The notes: generated from the sequence alone by a model not told the origin. A DNA stretch of 64,000 bases from Candidatus Thermofontivivens primus (GCA_031458695.1 JAVKJW010000003.1:64001-128000), one strand, 5' to 3'. Shown: positions 1 to 10,337, counted from the stretch's first letter. Translations and numbers: made by a program.

Positions 1-2
1 TG

Positions 3-473
3 AAAGGGGACAGCACCTGTGCCTTCTATTGGAACAAGCACGAGAAGACGAAGGAGACCATCCAGGGGCACTGGATCCGCACGGGAGACAAGTACTGGCA
101 GGACTCCGATGGGTATTACTGGTACGCGGGGCGGAGCGACGACATGCTCAAAGTGGGTGGAATGTGGGTGAGCCCCGTTGAGGTGGAGAACTGTCTCATG
201 GAACATGAGAAGGTGCTTGAGGCCGCTGTGATAGGACGGCCTGATCAGGACGGGCTGATCAAGCCCCATGCGTATATTGTCCTTCGTCCAGGCTACGAAC
301 CCAGCGAGGCGCTTGCGGAGGAGCTGAAGGAGTTCGTCCGAGGTAGGATTGCCGCGTACAAGCGTCCTCGCTGGATCGAGTTTGTGGATCAGCTCCCCAA
401 GACCGCGACCGGGAAAACGCAGCGGTTCAAATTGAGAGAGTTGGCGTCTAAGAGAAGTGGCGAGAGAACGTAA
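3..473 (+). CDS. Benzoate-CoA ligase family protein, C-terminal part (5' end outside window)
   Basis: Frame is open from position 3: KGDSTCAFYWNKHEKTKETIQGHWIRTGDKY...YAGRSDDMLKVGGMWVSPVEVE...LPKTATGK, typical of aryl-CoA ligases. Confidence 0.85.
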   Translation, partial: KGDSTCAFYWNKHEKTKETIQGHWIRTGDKYWQDSDGYYWYAGRSDDMLKVGGMWVSPVEVENCLMEHEKVLEAAVIGRPDQDGLIKPHAYIVLRPGYEPSEALAEELKEFVRGRIAAYKRPRWIEFVDQLPKTATGKTQRFKLRELASKRSGERT

Positions 474-534
474 GAGGCGCGCATTTAGACCTTGGTGGAG
501 AGGCCTGCGATTCGAGTATGAAAGGGGGCGGGGG

Positions 535-1734
535 ATGTTGCGCGGTCAGGCAATCCGGGTTTTGGCCATCGGGCTGTTCTTGACGGTGGTTCCGATGGGT
601 ACGGTGGGGAGCCAAGAGAGGCCCATGAAGATTGCCTTCCTGAGTTCCCTAAGCGGGCCCTTCGCGTTCTGGGGAGTAAACGCCCGGGACGGCATGAAAA
701 TGGCCATTGCAGAGGTGAATGAAGCAGGGGGCGTCCTTGGCCGTCCCGTGGAGCTGGTGGAGCGGGACGACCGCAACAACCCTGCGGAAGCCATCACCTC
801 CTTCCGATCCCTAGTGGAGCGGGAAGGGATCCTAGCTGCAGGAGGGGTGATCTCGAGCGATGTTGCCCTGGCTGTATCTAGGGAGGCAGAGAGCCTGCGG
901 GTTCCCCTGTTCCTCACTATGGCGGGTTCTCATGCCATCCTGCGGAAGAGCAGCCGGTACACCTTCCGCACCTGCCTCGTGGCCGCGCCAATGTACGTTC
1001 AGGCCATCGCAGCCATCATCCAATATGCAAAGCACGCGCGGGTGGGGGCCATCATTGCCGACTACGCATGGGGACATGCCATCCGGGAATCCCTGGAACG
1101 CTACGTGGCAACTCTTCCAGGAGTGCGGCTTCAGGTAGAGGTAGCGCCTGTGACTGCCGCGGACTTCACGCCTTACCTCCGCCGCCTTCAGGGTTTCGAC
1201 CCGCAGATCCTAGTGATTGCAGGGCATCCCCCCGGGAACCCTATCATCGTCCGGCAAGCGGCGGAGCTAGGCATGCGTCAGCAGCTCGTGGGCTCCGTGC
1301 TCCCGCCCGAGCTCATGGTCCAGAGGGGTGGGGATGCGGTCTTCGGCCGGTTCATAGACTACTCGTGCGTGGACTTTACGCACCCCGTGTACCGGAAGCT
1401 AGCAGCGAAGTACTACATGATGTACAAACGGTACTTCGACAACAGCGCGTTCTCCGGCTATGTGATAGTACGCATGGTGGCGGACGCCGCTAAGCGAGCT
1501 AACAGTACGGATCCCCGCGCCATCGCGGAGAGGATCCGAAAAGGGCGCTTCGTGCAGCCCGGGTACGGATGGCCCCTCTCATTTACAGAATGGGGGGAGA
1601 TGAAGGAGGCGCGGATCATCTTCTTCACCATCGAGCGCGGGGAAGCGCCTGCGGGGATTTGCCCAGGATGCGGTTGGTTCCAGAAGTACCAGTTCCGGTC
1701 GACCCCGGTGGAACCCTATGTCCCCCCAGAGTGA
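535..1734 (+). CDS. Branched-chain/aromatic acid ABC transporter substrate-binding protein (LivJ/K-like)
   Basis: Signal peptide after ATG 535; SLSGPFAFWG...EVNEAGGVLGRPVELVERDD motif; YAWG. Confidence 0.85.
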   Translation: MLRGQAIRVLAIGLFLTVVPMGTVGSQERPMKIAFLSSLSGPFAFWGVNARDGMKMAIAEVNEAGGVLGRPVELVERDDRNNPAEAITSFRSLVEREGILAAGGVISSDVALAVSREAESLRVPLFLTMAGSHAILRKSSRYTFRTCLVAAPMYVQAIAAIIQYAKHARVGAIIADYAWGHAIRESLERYVATLPGVRLQVEVAPVTAADFTPYLRRLQGFDPQILVIAGHPPGNPIIVRQAAELGMRQQLVGSVLPPELMVQRGGDAVFGRFIDYSCVDFTHPVYRKLAAKYYMMYKRYFDNSAFSGYVIVRMVADAAKRANSTDPRAIAERIRKGRFVQPGYGWPLSFTEWGEMKEARIIFFTIERGEAPAGICPGCGWFQKYQFRSTPVEPYVPPE

Positions 1735-2506
1735 GGAAATTCTGTTACGCTGCTGTGAGGTTACCAAGCGCTTCGGCGGCTTGGTGGTCCTGTGGGAGGT
1801 AAACCTGGAGGTGAGGCGGGGGAGCCTCATCGGGCTTATCGGCCCGAACGGGGCGGGGAAGACGACTCTCCTTAACGTGATAAGCGGGTTGCTGCAGCCA
1901 GATTCTGGTCGTGTCGAGTTCTTAGGACGACTGATCAACGGACTTCCCGCGCACGCGGTAGTCCGCCTCGGGATAGGCAGGGTTCTCCAGATCCCTCGTC
2001 TCTTTCCTCATCTCACAGTGGAAGAGAACGTCCTTGTTGGCGTACTCTTCGGGAGACGAAAGCCTCCCGCGCGTGAGGAGGCGCAGGAGGAGGCAAGGAA
2101 ATTCCTGACCTTGGTTGGGCTGGAGGGCAAGCACCGCGAGCGGGTAGGTAAGCTCAACACCCAGGAGAAACGGCTGGTAGACTTAGCCAGGGCACTAGCT
2201 ACAGAACCGCGGATGTTGCTTGTGGATGAGCTTATGAGTGGTCTCAGCCTCGTCGAGATGGAGCGGTACACGACATTGTTGCGACGCATCCGGGAGCAAC
2301 TCGGTGTTGCCATCCTCTGGGTGGAGCATGTAATGGAGGCGATCCTGGGAACGGTGGACGAAGTGGTGGTGTTGGACCACGGGGCAGTAATTGCCCAGGG
2401 CTCGCCTGCTGAGATCGCCCAGGATCCTCTGGTAATCGAGGCATACCTGGGAACTGGCGCAAGAGAAGTGTTGGGGGCGCACATGGGCTATGCTGGAAGT
2501 TCGTGA
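1718..2506 (+). CDS. Liv-type ABC ATPase (LivG-like)
   Basis: Walker [19 protein letters not shown]-terminal VIEAYLG. Confidence 0.9.
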   Translation: MSPQSEEILLRCCEVTKRFGGLVVLWEVNLEVRRGSLIGLIGPNGAGKTTLLNVISGLLQPDSGRVEFLGRLINGLPAHAVVRLGIGRVLQIPRLFPHLTVEENVLVGVLFGRRKPPAREEAQEEARKFLTLVGLEGKHRERVGKLNTQEKRLVDLARALATEPRMLLVDELMSGLSLVEMERYTTLLRRIREQLGVAILWVEHVMEAILGTVDEVVVLDHGAVIAQGSPAEIAQDPLVIEAYLGTGAREVLGAHMGYAGSS

Positions 2507-3206
2507 GCTATGGGTAGGATACAACGATGTATCCGTGATCCGTGGTGTAACCCTGGAGGTCCCTGCAGGGGAGGCGACTGCGGTGCTAGGACCCAACGGC
2601 TCCGGCAAGACCACTTTGTTCCGGGCGCTGGTAGGACTGCTTCGGCCCCGCAGTGGATCTATTCTTTTTGAAGGCGTCCCGCTCAATGGCTTGCGGCCTC
2701 CCCAGGTTGTCCAGCGGGGTATTGTCTACGTAGCTGCGGAGCGGGAACTATTCCCTCAGCTTACTGTCTTGGAGAACCTGGAACTGGGGGCTTACTGCTG
2801 CCCACGGGCCTTCCAGTCTCGTCTAGAACTTGTCTTTGAGCTCTTCCCTCGGCTTGCAGAGCGTCGCAGTCAGCGGGCAGGGACTCTGAGCGGAGGCGAG
2901 CAGCAGATGCTTGCGATCGCCAGGGCCCTCATGGCGCAGCCCAAGCTTCTCCTTCTCGATGAACCCTCCACAGGTCTTGCGCCGCTGCTCGTGGCGGAGC
3001 TCTATCGGCGTCTGGAGGCGTTGCGACGAGAAGGGGTGACCATCCTTTTGGCGGAGCAGCAAGTGGGCGCAGCACTATCCCTGTGCGCACGGGTCTACGT
3101 GCTCAAGGAGGGGCGTGTAGCGTTTTGTGGCGGGGCCTCCTCTCTGCGCGGAAGCTCCGAGCTGAGGAAGGCGTACTTGGGCGGGATCGGAGGGGTAGGC
3201 GGATGA
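2490..3206 (+). CDS. Liv-type ABC ATPase (LivF-like)
   Basis: [29 protein letters not shown]. Confidence 0.9.
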   Translation: MLEVRELWVGYNDVSVIRGVTLEVPAGEATAVLGPNGSGKTTLFRALVGLLRPRSGSILFEGVPLNGLRPPQVVQRGIVYVAAERELFPQLTVLENLELGAYCCPRAFQSRLELVFELFPRLAERRSQRAGTLSGGEQQMLAIARALMAQPKLLLLDEPSTGLAPLLVAELYRRLEALRREGVTILLAEQQVGAALSLCARVYVLKEGRVAFCGGASSLRGSSELRKAYLGGIGGVGG

Positions 3207-4057
3207 GTATCGTGATAGATGGCCTGGTGCTGGGTTTGCAGCTGGCACTGTTAAGCGTGGGCATGGTCTTCGTGTACGGCTTAGGCGGTATTCTGAACTT
3301 GGCCCACGGTGAGGTGGCGGTTGCTGGCGGACTTATTGCCGCGCTCCTCCTCCAGGGTGGGAGACCTCCGGTAGTCGCATGTAGCGCAGGGGTGATCGCA
3401 TCGGGCGTCCTGGCGTGGTTCATCGACCGTACCCTCCTGCGGCCTGCATACTCCCGCCATGGTGAGGAGCGGCTGATCCTTGCCCTTATCTTGACCTTGG
3501 GGACATCTTTTGCGCTGGACGGGTTCTTTACGTACCGCTATCCTAACGTCGCCCTCACCCTGCGACTACCGACTACCTCAGTGGACCTGTTCGGTATCAC
3601 GGTGCGCACTGCGAGCCTCGCAGTCGGCGGTCTCGCGCTAACCACCTTCGGGGTCCTTCTGGGATTCTTGAAGAGCACGATGCTGGGGAAGGCGATCCGG
3701 TGCATCATCCAGAACGAGGCAGGAGCTTTACTTTGCGGGGTAGACGTGGATCGGGTCCGAACCTTCACCCTTTTCCTGAGCGGGCTATTGGCTGGGCTGG
3801 CCGCCATTGCCCAGGGCTTTTTCTCCTACCTGGGCCCCGACATGGGGGCTGAATTCACGATTCTGGCTCTCATCGTCGCCGTGGTAGGCGGGGTGCGAAG
3901 CCTGACGGGTACGTTCCTCGCGAGCCTTCTGCTGGGGTTGGTGAATACTACAATGAGCTACTGGGTGGGTACCTATCTTACCTGGATCGCGCTCCTCGCC
4001 GTGACGGTGACGACGCTCCTGGTACGGCCCCAGGGCTTGCTGGCATACTGGCCATGA
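3203..4057 (+). CDS. Liv-type ABC permease (LivH-like)
   Basis: ATGA overlap with upstream stop; ILNLAHGE, hydrophobic helices, RPQGL. Confidence 0.88.
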   Translation: MSIVIDGLVLGLQLALLSVGMVFVYGLGGILNLAHGEVAVAGGLIAALLLQGGRPPVVACSAGVIASGVLAWFIDRTLLRPAYSRHGEERLILALILTLGTSFALDGFFTYRYPNVALTLRLPTTSVDLFGITVRTASLAVGGLALTTFGVLLGFLKSTMLGKAIRCIIQNEAGALLCGVDVDRVRTFTLFLSGLLAGLAAIAQGFFSYLGPDMGAEFTILALIVAVVGGVRSLTGTFLASLLLGLVNTTMSYWVGTYLTWIALLAVTVTTLLVRPQGLLAYWP

Positions 4058-5103
4058 ATGCTCGCCCAGTGCTCTCCCACATGTTGCCGGTTCTCGGGAC
4101 AGGGATCGCCCTCGCGGCGGTTCCCCTGTTTGTGAGGGGAAGCGGGTATGTGTTGCGCATCGCAACGTTCCTGCTTATGCTTGCAACCTACGCAGTAGGG
4201 TTCAATTTGCTTTTCGGGCACACGCGCCAGCTCTTCCTGTGCATAGGTGTCCTCGCGGGCACAGGCGCATACGGGTCTGTGCTGCTCGTGCGCAACGCCG
4301 GGCTCAACCCAGTCGCCGCTATAGCCGTGGCGGTGGCGATCGCTACAGGGTTGGGGGCGTTTCTGAGCTACGTAGGGGTGCGCCGGGGATTTGGCGTCCT
4401 GTTCGTGGGTATCGTGACTCTGGCCGTTTCCCTCATCTTCCAGAACCTAGTCCTAGGTCTGCGGAAGTACACCAACGGTGAGACCGGGATCGTTACCCAG
4501 GGGCTCGGCGTGGGTCTCGCAGAGAATCCCGTCCAGGCTTACTATATCCTGCTGGCGGTGCTCGTTGCGGCCCTGGCTGTGTACCAGGAGATTATGGGGT
4601 CTCGGCACGGACTGGCTCTTCACGCGCTCAGCGACGATGAAGTCAGCGCGGAGCTCTCGGGAATCGATGTGGCGCGATACAAAGTGGGGGTTGCGGCCTT
4701 AGCGGCGGGATTCATCAGCCTGGTGGGAGCCTTGTTCGCAGATTGGAACGGATTCATCAGCCCTTCTCTGTTCTCCGTGGGGCACGTGGACATCCCCGTG
4801 TTGATCGTCTTGCTGCTGGGTGGGATGCGGACTCTTCTGGGACCTGTGGTGGGGGCTATTGTATTCACAATCGTAGACGCAATCGTGCGACCGTTTGGGC
4901 AACTCACAGTGCTGGCCTACGGTGTGCTTCTTGTCGCGCTCTTCCTTGTCTTCCGAGAGGGGACGGTTACTCTTCTGCAGCGGGGATGGGAGATGGTGCA
5001 GTCGAGTACCCAGCGTGGACAAGTAGGCAGGGGCGTAGCCGCCGATGAAGATGGAGACCCACTCAGCCAGCGAACGAACTCAAGAGCTAAGTCACCATAT
5101 TAG
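4054..5103 (+). CDS. Liv-type ABC permease (LivM-like)
   Basis: FNLLFGHTRQL, TNGETGI, GGMRTLLGPVVGA. Confidence 0.88.
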   Translation: MNARPVLSHMLPVLGTGIALAAVPLFVRGSGYVLRIATFLLMLATYAVGFNLLFGHTRQLFLCIGVLAGTGAYGSVLLVRNAGLNPVAAIAVAVAIATGLGAFLSYVGVRRGFGVLFVGIVTLAVSLIFQNLVLGLRKYTNGETGIVTQGLGVGLAENPVQAYYILLAVLVAALAVYQEIMGSRHGLALHALSDDEVSAELSGIDVARYKVGVAALAAGFISLVGALFADWNGFISPSLFSVGHVDIPVLIVLLLGGMRTLLGPVVGAIVFTIVDAIVRPFGQLTVLAYGVLLVALFLVFREGTVTLLQRGWEMVQSSTQRGQVGRGVAADEDGDPLSQRTNSRAKSPY

Positions 5104-5242
5104 ATTCCTGAAGCGGATTTTGGTAGGGACCCCTAACGAATGCGAAGAAAGACCCAAAGATGCGCATGAGCATCGTTCTTGTCCACCTGCATAAGCAACA
5201 AGCCGACTAGGAGAAGGCACCAATGGCTGGCGGAGGGGGGAG

Positions 5243-6820
5243 ATGTTCCGCAACCCTTTTGTGCAATCTTTTCAAGTTCCCGTAGTGCCGGTCTTCCAGC
5301 TCGTAGAGCGGTGGGCTAGAATCCAGCCTGAACGCCCAGCGCTGATATGGGGCCCCACGGGCAGGGAGGTCACCTACCGCGATCTGTGGAGGACATCGGG
5401 GAGGGTTGCCCGGGCGCTCCAGGAGCTGGGAATTAAGAAAGGGGAGCGGGTCGTGCTCCTGTCCCCCAATTGCCCCCACTACCCATCAGCTTTTTACGGC
5501 GTGCTGCGGGCAGGGGGTATTGTGGTACCCTTGAACCCTCTGCTTAAGGCCACGGAGGTGATCCGGGCCATCGAGAACACGCAAGCTGCTGCGGTGGTCG
5601 CCTCTCCTCAGAGGCGCGCGCAGCTTCGGGAGCTGGTGGCTGGGCTTCCCTTTGTTCGACATGTGCTGGAAATGGAAGAGGTTTCGAACCTGACTCCACC
5701 ATCCCTAGAGCCGGAGCCAGTTTGCATCGATCCAGATCGCGACCTAGCATGCATCCTATACTCTAGTGGCACCACAGGATGGCCAAAGGGCATCATGCTC
5801 ACCCATCGCAACGTGGTGGCAGACCTTCTGGCCAGCAATGCAATGGGTTTTATCACCGATCAATCAGTTTACGTGCATTACCTCCCTTTCTCCCATTGCG
5901 CAGGGCTCCTTACGTTCCTAAACGCAGGCATCTGCCTAGGTGCACGGCAGATCCTGACTCCGCATTTCGACCCGGGGGAGGTTCTGCGTCTTGTTGAAGA
6001 TCACCAGGCGCGCGAGCTGTTCGGGGTCCCCCCGGCCCTGAAGGATCTGGTGGAGGCTGCTGAGGCGCAGGGCTTCCACTACCGTGGCCTCCGGTTTGTG
6101 AACACTGCGGCGCTCCCTCTCGATGTGGAGTTGAGCCGGCGTGCGGAGCGCGTCTTTGGATGTCCTGTTACCGAGCACATCGGGATGACCGAGTGCGCAG
6201 GGCCCATGAACATCATGATCCCGCCTTTCCCGTTGAAGCCGAGATCTGTCGGACCACCCATCCCGAACCTGGAGGAGCGCGTGGTGGATCCTGAGACAGG
6301 AGAGGATCTAGGCCCCGGCCAAGTAGGGGAGCTCCTCTTGCGGGGCGACATGGTAACCGCGGGCTACTGGCAGGATACGGAAACGAACCAGGAAGCCTTC
6401 CGAGAAGGGTGGTTCCGCACAGGCGACCTTGTGCGCTTTGACCACGAGGGGTACATGTGGTGGGTGGATCGGTGCAAGGAGATAATCAAGTACAAGGGCT
6501 ATTCCATTCCTCCTGCGGAGCTGGAGGAGGTTTTGCGCGAACATCCTGCGGTCCGGGAGGCGTGTGTGATCCCCAAGGAACACCCCGAGTTCGGTCAGGT
6601 GCCCAAGGCCTTCGTGGTGCGGCGAGCCCCTGTTACTGCGGAGGAGCTCATGCGCTTTGTGGAAGAGCGTATAGCACCGTACAAGAAGGTCCGCGAGGTA
6701 GAGTTTGTGGAGGAGTTGCCTAAATCTGCTGTGGGCAAGATTCTGCGTCGGGTGCTAGTAGAGCGGGAGAAAGGCAGGGAGCATGCAAGGGAGAGGTTCC
6801 GCAGTGCCCTAGGATCCTGA
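5243..6820 (+). CDS. AMP-dependent acyl/aryl-CoA synthetase (4-coumarate-/long-chain-acyl-CoA ligase-like)
   Basis: YSSGTTGWPKG, GMTE, GWFRTGD, LPKSAVGK; GGAGG-like SD. Confidence 0.88.
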   Translation: MFRNPFVQSFQVPVVPVFQLVERWARIQPERPALIWGPTGREVTYRDLWRTSGRVARALQELGIKKGERVVLLSPNCPHYPSAFYGVLRAGGIVVPLNPLLKATEVIRAIENTQAAAVVASPQRRAQLRELVAGLPFVRHVLEMEEVSNLTPPSLEPEPVCIDPDRDLACILYSSGTTGWPKGIMLTHRNVVADLLASNAMGFITDQSVYVHYLPFSHCAGLLTFLNAGICLGARQILTPHFDPGEVLRLVEDHQARELFGVPPALKDLVEAAEAQGFHYRGLRFVNTAALPLDVELSRRAERVFGCPVTEHIGMTECAGPMNIMIPPFPLKPRSVGPPIPNLEERVVDPETGEDLGPGQVGELLLRGDMVTAGYWQDTETNQEAFREGWFRTGDLVRFDHEGYMWWVDRCKEIIKYKGYSIPPAELEEVLREHPAVREACVIPKEHPEFGQVPKAFVVRRAPVTAEELMRFVEERIAPYKKVREVEFVEELPKSAVGKILRRVLVEREKGREHARERFRSALGS

Positions 6821-6866
6821 GCATCTCCGCGGGCAATGCTAAGAGTGACCTTCAGGGAGGTTTTCT

Positions 6867-7676
6867 ATGCGAGGGAAGGAGATCCAGCCACGCCACTTCC
6901 GGTGGGAGGTCGATGACGGTGTTGCAACAATCACTCTCAACAGGCCGGAGCGCAAGAATGCCTTGACCTTCGAGACCTATTCGGAACTTAGGGACACCTT
7001 CCGCATGATGGAACGCGTAGAGGACGTGAAGGTGGTGGTTATCACAGGAGCAGGGGGGAACTTCTGCTCAGGAGGGGACGTGTATGAGATCATCCGCCCA
7101 CTTCTCGATCTGGATATGCCGGGAAAGTTGGAGTTCACACGCATGACAGGTGATCTCGTAATTGCGATGCGCCACTGCCCACAACCGATTATCGCTGCGG
7201 TGGATGGCGTGTGCGTGGGGGCAGGAGCCATGATCGCGTCCGCAGCAGACCTGCGCATCGGCACTCCCCGTTGCCGTGTGGCCTTTCTGTTTAACCGGGT
7301 GGGGCTTGCAGGATGCGACATGGGGGCTTGCGCATTGCTCCCGCGGATTATCGGGTTGGGCCGCGCGACCGAGCTGCTGTATACGGGACGTGAGATAACT
7401 GGTGAGGAAGCTGAGCGGTGGGGCTTCTTCAACCGGTTGTGCGACCCGGAGCGGTTGCTGGAGGAGACCTATACCCTGGCCCGCGAGCTTGCCGAGGGAC
7501 CCACCTTCGCCCAGGCGATGACCAAGCGCATGCTCCATATGGAGTGGGATATGTCCCTGGACGAAGCGATCAGATGCGAAGCACAGGCGCAGGCCATCTG
7601 CATGCAGACACAGGACTTCGCACGCGGCTACCAGGCCTTCGTAGAGAAGCGCAGGCCTTCCTTCCGAGGGGATTGA
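6867..7676 (+). CDS. Crotonase-superfamily protein of the type found in 2-aminobenzoyl-CoA/salicylyl-CoA monooxygenase clusters
   Basis: [45 protein letters not shown]; lacks the two canonical catalytic Glu. Confidence 0.85.
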   Translation: MRGKEIQPRHFRWEVDDGVATITLNRPERKNALTFETYSELRDTFRMMERVEDVKVVVITGAGGNFCSGGDVYEIIRPLLDLDMPGKLEFTRMTGDLVIAMRHCPQPIIAAVDGVCVGAGAMIASAADLRIGTPRCRVAFLFNRVGLAGCDMGACALLPRIIGLGRATELLYTGREITGEEAERWGFFNRLCDPERLLEETYTLARELAEGPTFAQAMTKRMLHMEWDMSLDEAIRCEAQAQAICMQTQDFARGYQAFVEKRRPSFRGD

Positions 7677-7686
7677 GGCATTGCCC

Positions 7687-8868
7687 ATGGAAACTTGCCA
7701 CCTCGCTTGGCCTTTCTTCGAGCAATCCCACAGACAGTTGGCTAAAGCGTTAGAGGAGTGGTTACCGCTCGTCGCGGAGGAGATCGAGGGATCGGAGGAA
7801 GATGATCCTAGGGGGGCAGCGTGTCGCTGGATCCATCAACTGGGGAAGGCAGGGTGGCTTCGCTACTGCGTGCCAAAGGAGTGGGGAGGGGTACATGAAA
7901 GCTTGGACGTGCGTAGCCTTTGCCTCGCGCGGGAGACCCTCGCACAGCGGTCAGGCCTTGCGGATTTCGCATTCGCCATGCAAGGGCTTGGAAGCGCACC
8001 CATCAGCTTTTTCGGATCCCGTGAGCTTCGCCAGAGGTACCTGCCGGGGGTAGCTACGGGCCAGCGGGTTGCTGCGTTTGCCCTCTCTGAACCAGAGGCA
8101 GGATCGGATATAGGTGCCATCCGGACAACAGCCCGCCGAAAAGGGGATGTGTACATCCTGAACGGGACAAAAACGTGGATCTCGAATGCAGGCTTAGCGA
8201 ACTTCTATGTGATATTCGCGCGCACAGGCGAGGGAAGACATGACCTGAGCGCCTTCGTGCTAGATGCGGATACACCCGGCCTGCGCGTCTCTGAGCAAAT
8301 CCGAGTCTCCGCACCACACCCTCTGGGGACGCTGGTTCTGGAGGATTGCCGGGTGGCAGAGGACCAACGTCTGGGGCAGGAAGGGCAAGGCTATGAAATC
8401 GCCCTGGCGACCCTGGACATCTTCCGGACGACTGTTGGAGCAGCTGCTCTCGGATTCGCGCACCGGGCGCTGAAAGAAGCGCTACGTCACGTGCAAAGGC
8501 GCGTGGCCTTCGGGAAACCCCTTGCCAGGTTCCAGTTGGTGCGTCAGAAGATCGCTGAGATGGCCCTGGAAGTGGATGCAAGTGCCCTCCTGGTATACCG
8601 CGCCGCCTGGGTGCAGGATGTGCAAGGTTCCCGCGGTACTTGCGAGGCGTCTATGGCGAAATGGTTTGCCACCGAGGCAGCGCAACGGGTGGTGGACCGA
8701 GCTGTGCAGCTACTGGGGGCCCTGGGTGTGGTATGGGGGAACCCCGTGGAGCGGTTATACCGGGAGGTACGGGCGCTTCGGATCTATGAGGGCACCTCCG
8801 AGATCCAGACCCTCATCGTGGCCAAGCATGTCTTGCATGAGGATGCAGATCAGGACCCGCGCCCTTAA
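7687..8868 (+). CDS. Acyl-CoA dehydrogenase
   Basis: FALSEPEAGSD, GTKTWISN, RVAFGKPL, RIYEGTSEIQ; start may be 7681 or 7687. Confidence 0.9.
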   Translation: METCHLAWPFFEQSHRQLAKALEEWLPLVAEEIEGSEEDDPRGAACRWIHQLGKAGWLRYCVPKEWGGVHESLDVRSLCLARETLAQRSGLADFAFAMQGLGSAPISFFGSRELRQRYLPGVATGQRVAAFALSEPEAGSDIGAIRTTARRKGDVYILNGTKTWISNAGLANFYVIFARTGEGRHDLSAFVLDADTPGLRVSEQIRVSAPHPLGTLVLEDCRVAEDQRLGQEGQGYEIALATLDIFRTTVGAAALGFAHRALKEALRHVQRRVAFGKPLARFQLVRQKIAEMALEVDASALLVYRAAWVQDVQGSRGTCEASMAKWFATEAAQRVVDRAVQLLGALGVVWGNPVERLYREVRALRIYEGTSEIQTLIVAKHVLHEDADQDPRP

Positions 8869-8908
8869 AATAGTCCTTTTGTACTAGGAAATTAGGATGA
8901 GTGGGTGA

Positions 8909-8938
8909 TTGCTCACCCGCAAGGTTTCATGGGAAAAT
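8909..8938 (+). promoter_or_regulatory. Candidate sigma70 promoter for the leuC-like...thiolase unit
   Basis: TTGCTC (8909-8914), 18 bp spacer, extended -10 TG-n-GAAAAT (8930-8938), in an AT-richer intergenic gap. Confidence 0.35.
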
Positions 8939-8942
8939 GGAA

Positions 8943-8958
8943 CCGACCAAACGGTCGG
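8943..8958. promoter_or_regulatory. Inverted repeat CCGACC-AAAC-GGTCGG, candidate TetR operator
   Basis: Perfect 6-4-6 palindrome just downstream of the candidate -10; TetR gene lies within the same unit. Confidence 0.6.
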
Positions 8959-9065
8959 GCGGGTAGTAGTCGCCGCGCGTACCCTATTTTCATCGCCCCT
9001 CACTTTGAAACAAAGGTTGCCTCCGATCCCTCCAAGCTCCCGCCTGATGCGGCTCGGTGCACTCT

Positions 9066-10337
9066 ATGGGCATGACCCTTGCTGAGAAGATCCTTGCACG
9101 GGCGGCGGAGCGGAGGGAAGTATCCGCGGGAGAGTTCGTGACCGCAAGGGTCGACTTTTGCATGATCCACGACATCTTCGCAGCCACCCTTTTCGACCTC
9201 CTGGAATCCACCGGGATTGACCGTCTCTGGGATCCTGGCCGCGTTGCCGTGGTCATTGACCATTTCTCTCCCGCGCCCTCGGCGGCCGTCGCAGACATCC
9301 ATCGACGCATCCGGGAGGGCATTCGCCGGTTTAGCATCGCCCACTTCTACGATGTGGGAAGCGGAATCTGCCACCAGCTCATGGTGGAGAAAGGACATGT
9401 TCAGCCGGGGATGCTCGTCGTAGCTACAGATTCTCATACCACAACCTACGGGGCCCTTGCCGTCGCGGGGACTGGGATCGGTACTTCGGAGATGGCCTAC
9501 GTCCTGGCGACGGGTACCCTCTGGTTCCAGGTGCCCCAGACCATACGCTGTGAAGTTTCCGGGTCCCTCTCTGATGGAGTTTGCTGGAAGGACGTGGTTC
9601 TCTCTCTCCTTGGGCGTCTGGGTTCGGACTTCGCCCAGTATCGGGCACTTGAGTTCACGGGGCCAGCGATCCCTTCCCTAGATATGTCTGGTCGCCTCAC
9701 GATTGCAAACATGGCGGTGGAGATGGGGGCAAAGTTCTGCTTCTTCCCGGCGGATGAGGTGACCGCGAGATACCTGCGAAGGACCAGATGGGATGGGCCC
9801 ATCGCCCCCGATGTGGATGCGAGTTATGCAGAGGTGGTCGTCCTTGAACTAGAGCGCCTTGAACCCTTAGTGGCTCTCCCTCACCGAGTTGACAATGTGC
9901 GGCCTGTCCGGGAGGTGGAAGGGATTCCCATCGACCAGGCGTTCATTGGTTCTTGCACCAACGGCAGGCTGGAGGACCTGGAGGTGGCGGCTCGTTACCT
10001 CTCTGGCCGTCGTGTGCATCCAGAAACGCGCCTCCTCGTCGCTCCTGCCTCCAGGGCGATCTACGAGGAGTCCTTGCGGAGAGGGATTCTCCAGATCCTC
10101 GCAGAGGCAGGAGCAACGATCCTTTCCCCGGGGTGTGGTCCGTGCTTTGGAGGCCACCTTGGGCTGCTGGGAGAGGGCGAGCGGTGCATTGGGACGCACA
10201 ATCGGAACTTTCAGGGACGTATGGGTAGCCCGCGGGCAGAGATCTACTTAGCTTCTCCGGCGACCGTTGCCTCCAGCGCCCTGTATGGGAGGATCACAGA
10301 CCCACGAAGGGTGGGCGTGGCCTATGCACGCAGTTGA
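9066..10337 (+). CDS. Aconitase-family hydro-lyase large subunit (LeuC/HacA/DmdA-like)
   Basis: MTLAEKIL, DH, GICHQ, DSHT, [4Fe-4S] ligands GSCTNG and CGPCFG, NRNF, YLASP. Confidence 0.92.
   Translation: MGMTLAEKILARAAERREVSAGEFVTARVDFCMIHDIFAATLFDLLESTGIDRLWDPGRVAVVIDHFSPAPSAAVADIHRRIREGIRRFSIAHFYDVGSGICHQLMVEKGHVQPGMLVVATDSHTTTYGALAVAGTGIGTSEMAYVLATGTLWFQVPQTIRCEVSGSLSDGVCWKDVVLSLLGRLGSDFAQYRALEFTGPAIPSLDMSGRLTIANMAVEMGAKFCFFPADEVTARYLRRTRWDGPIAPDVDASYAEVVVLELERLEPLVALPHRVDNVRPVREVEGIPIDQAFIGSCTNGRLEDLEVAARYLSGRRVHPETRLLVAPASRAIYEESLRRGILQILAEAGATILSPGCGPCFGGHLGLLGEGERCIGTHNRNFQGRMGSPRAEIYLASPATVASSALYGRITDPRRVGVAYARS

Noticed and set aside
1651..1680. CPGC motif near the C-terminus of the first binding protein as a metal or redox site
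   Set aside because: A single CxxC in an exported protein is most simply a structural disulfide; nothing else supports more.
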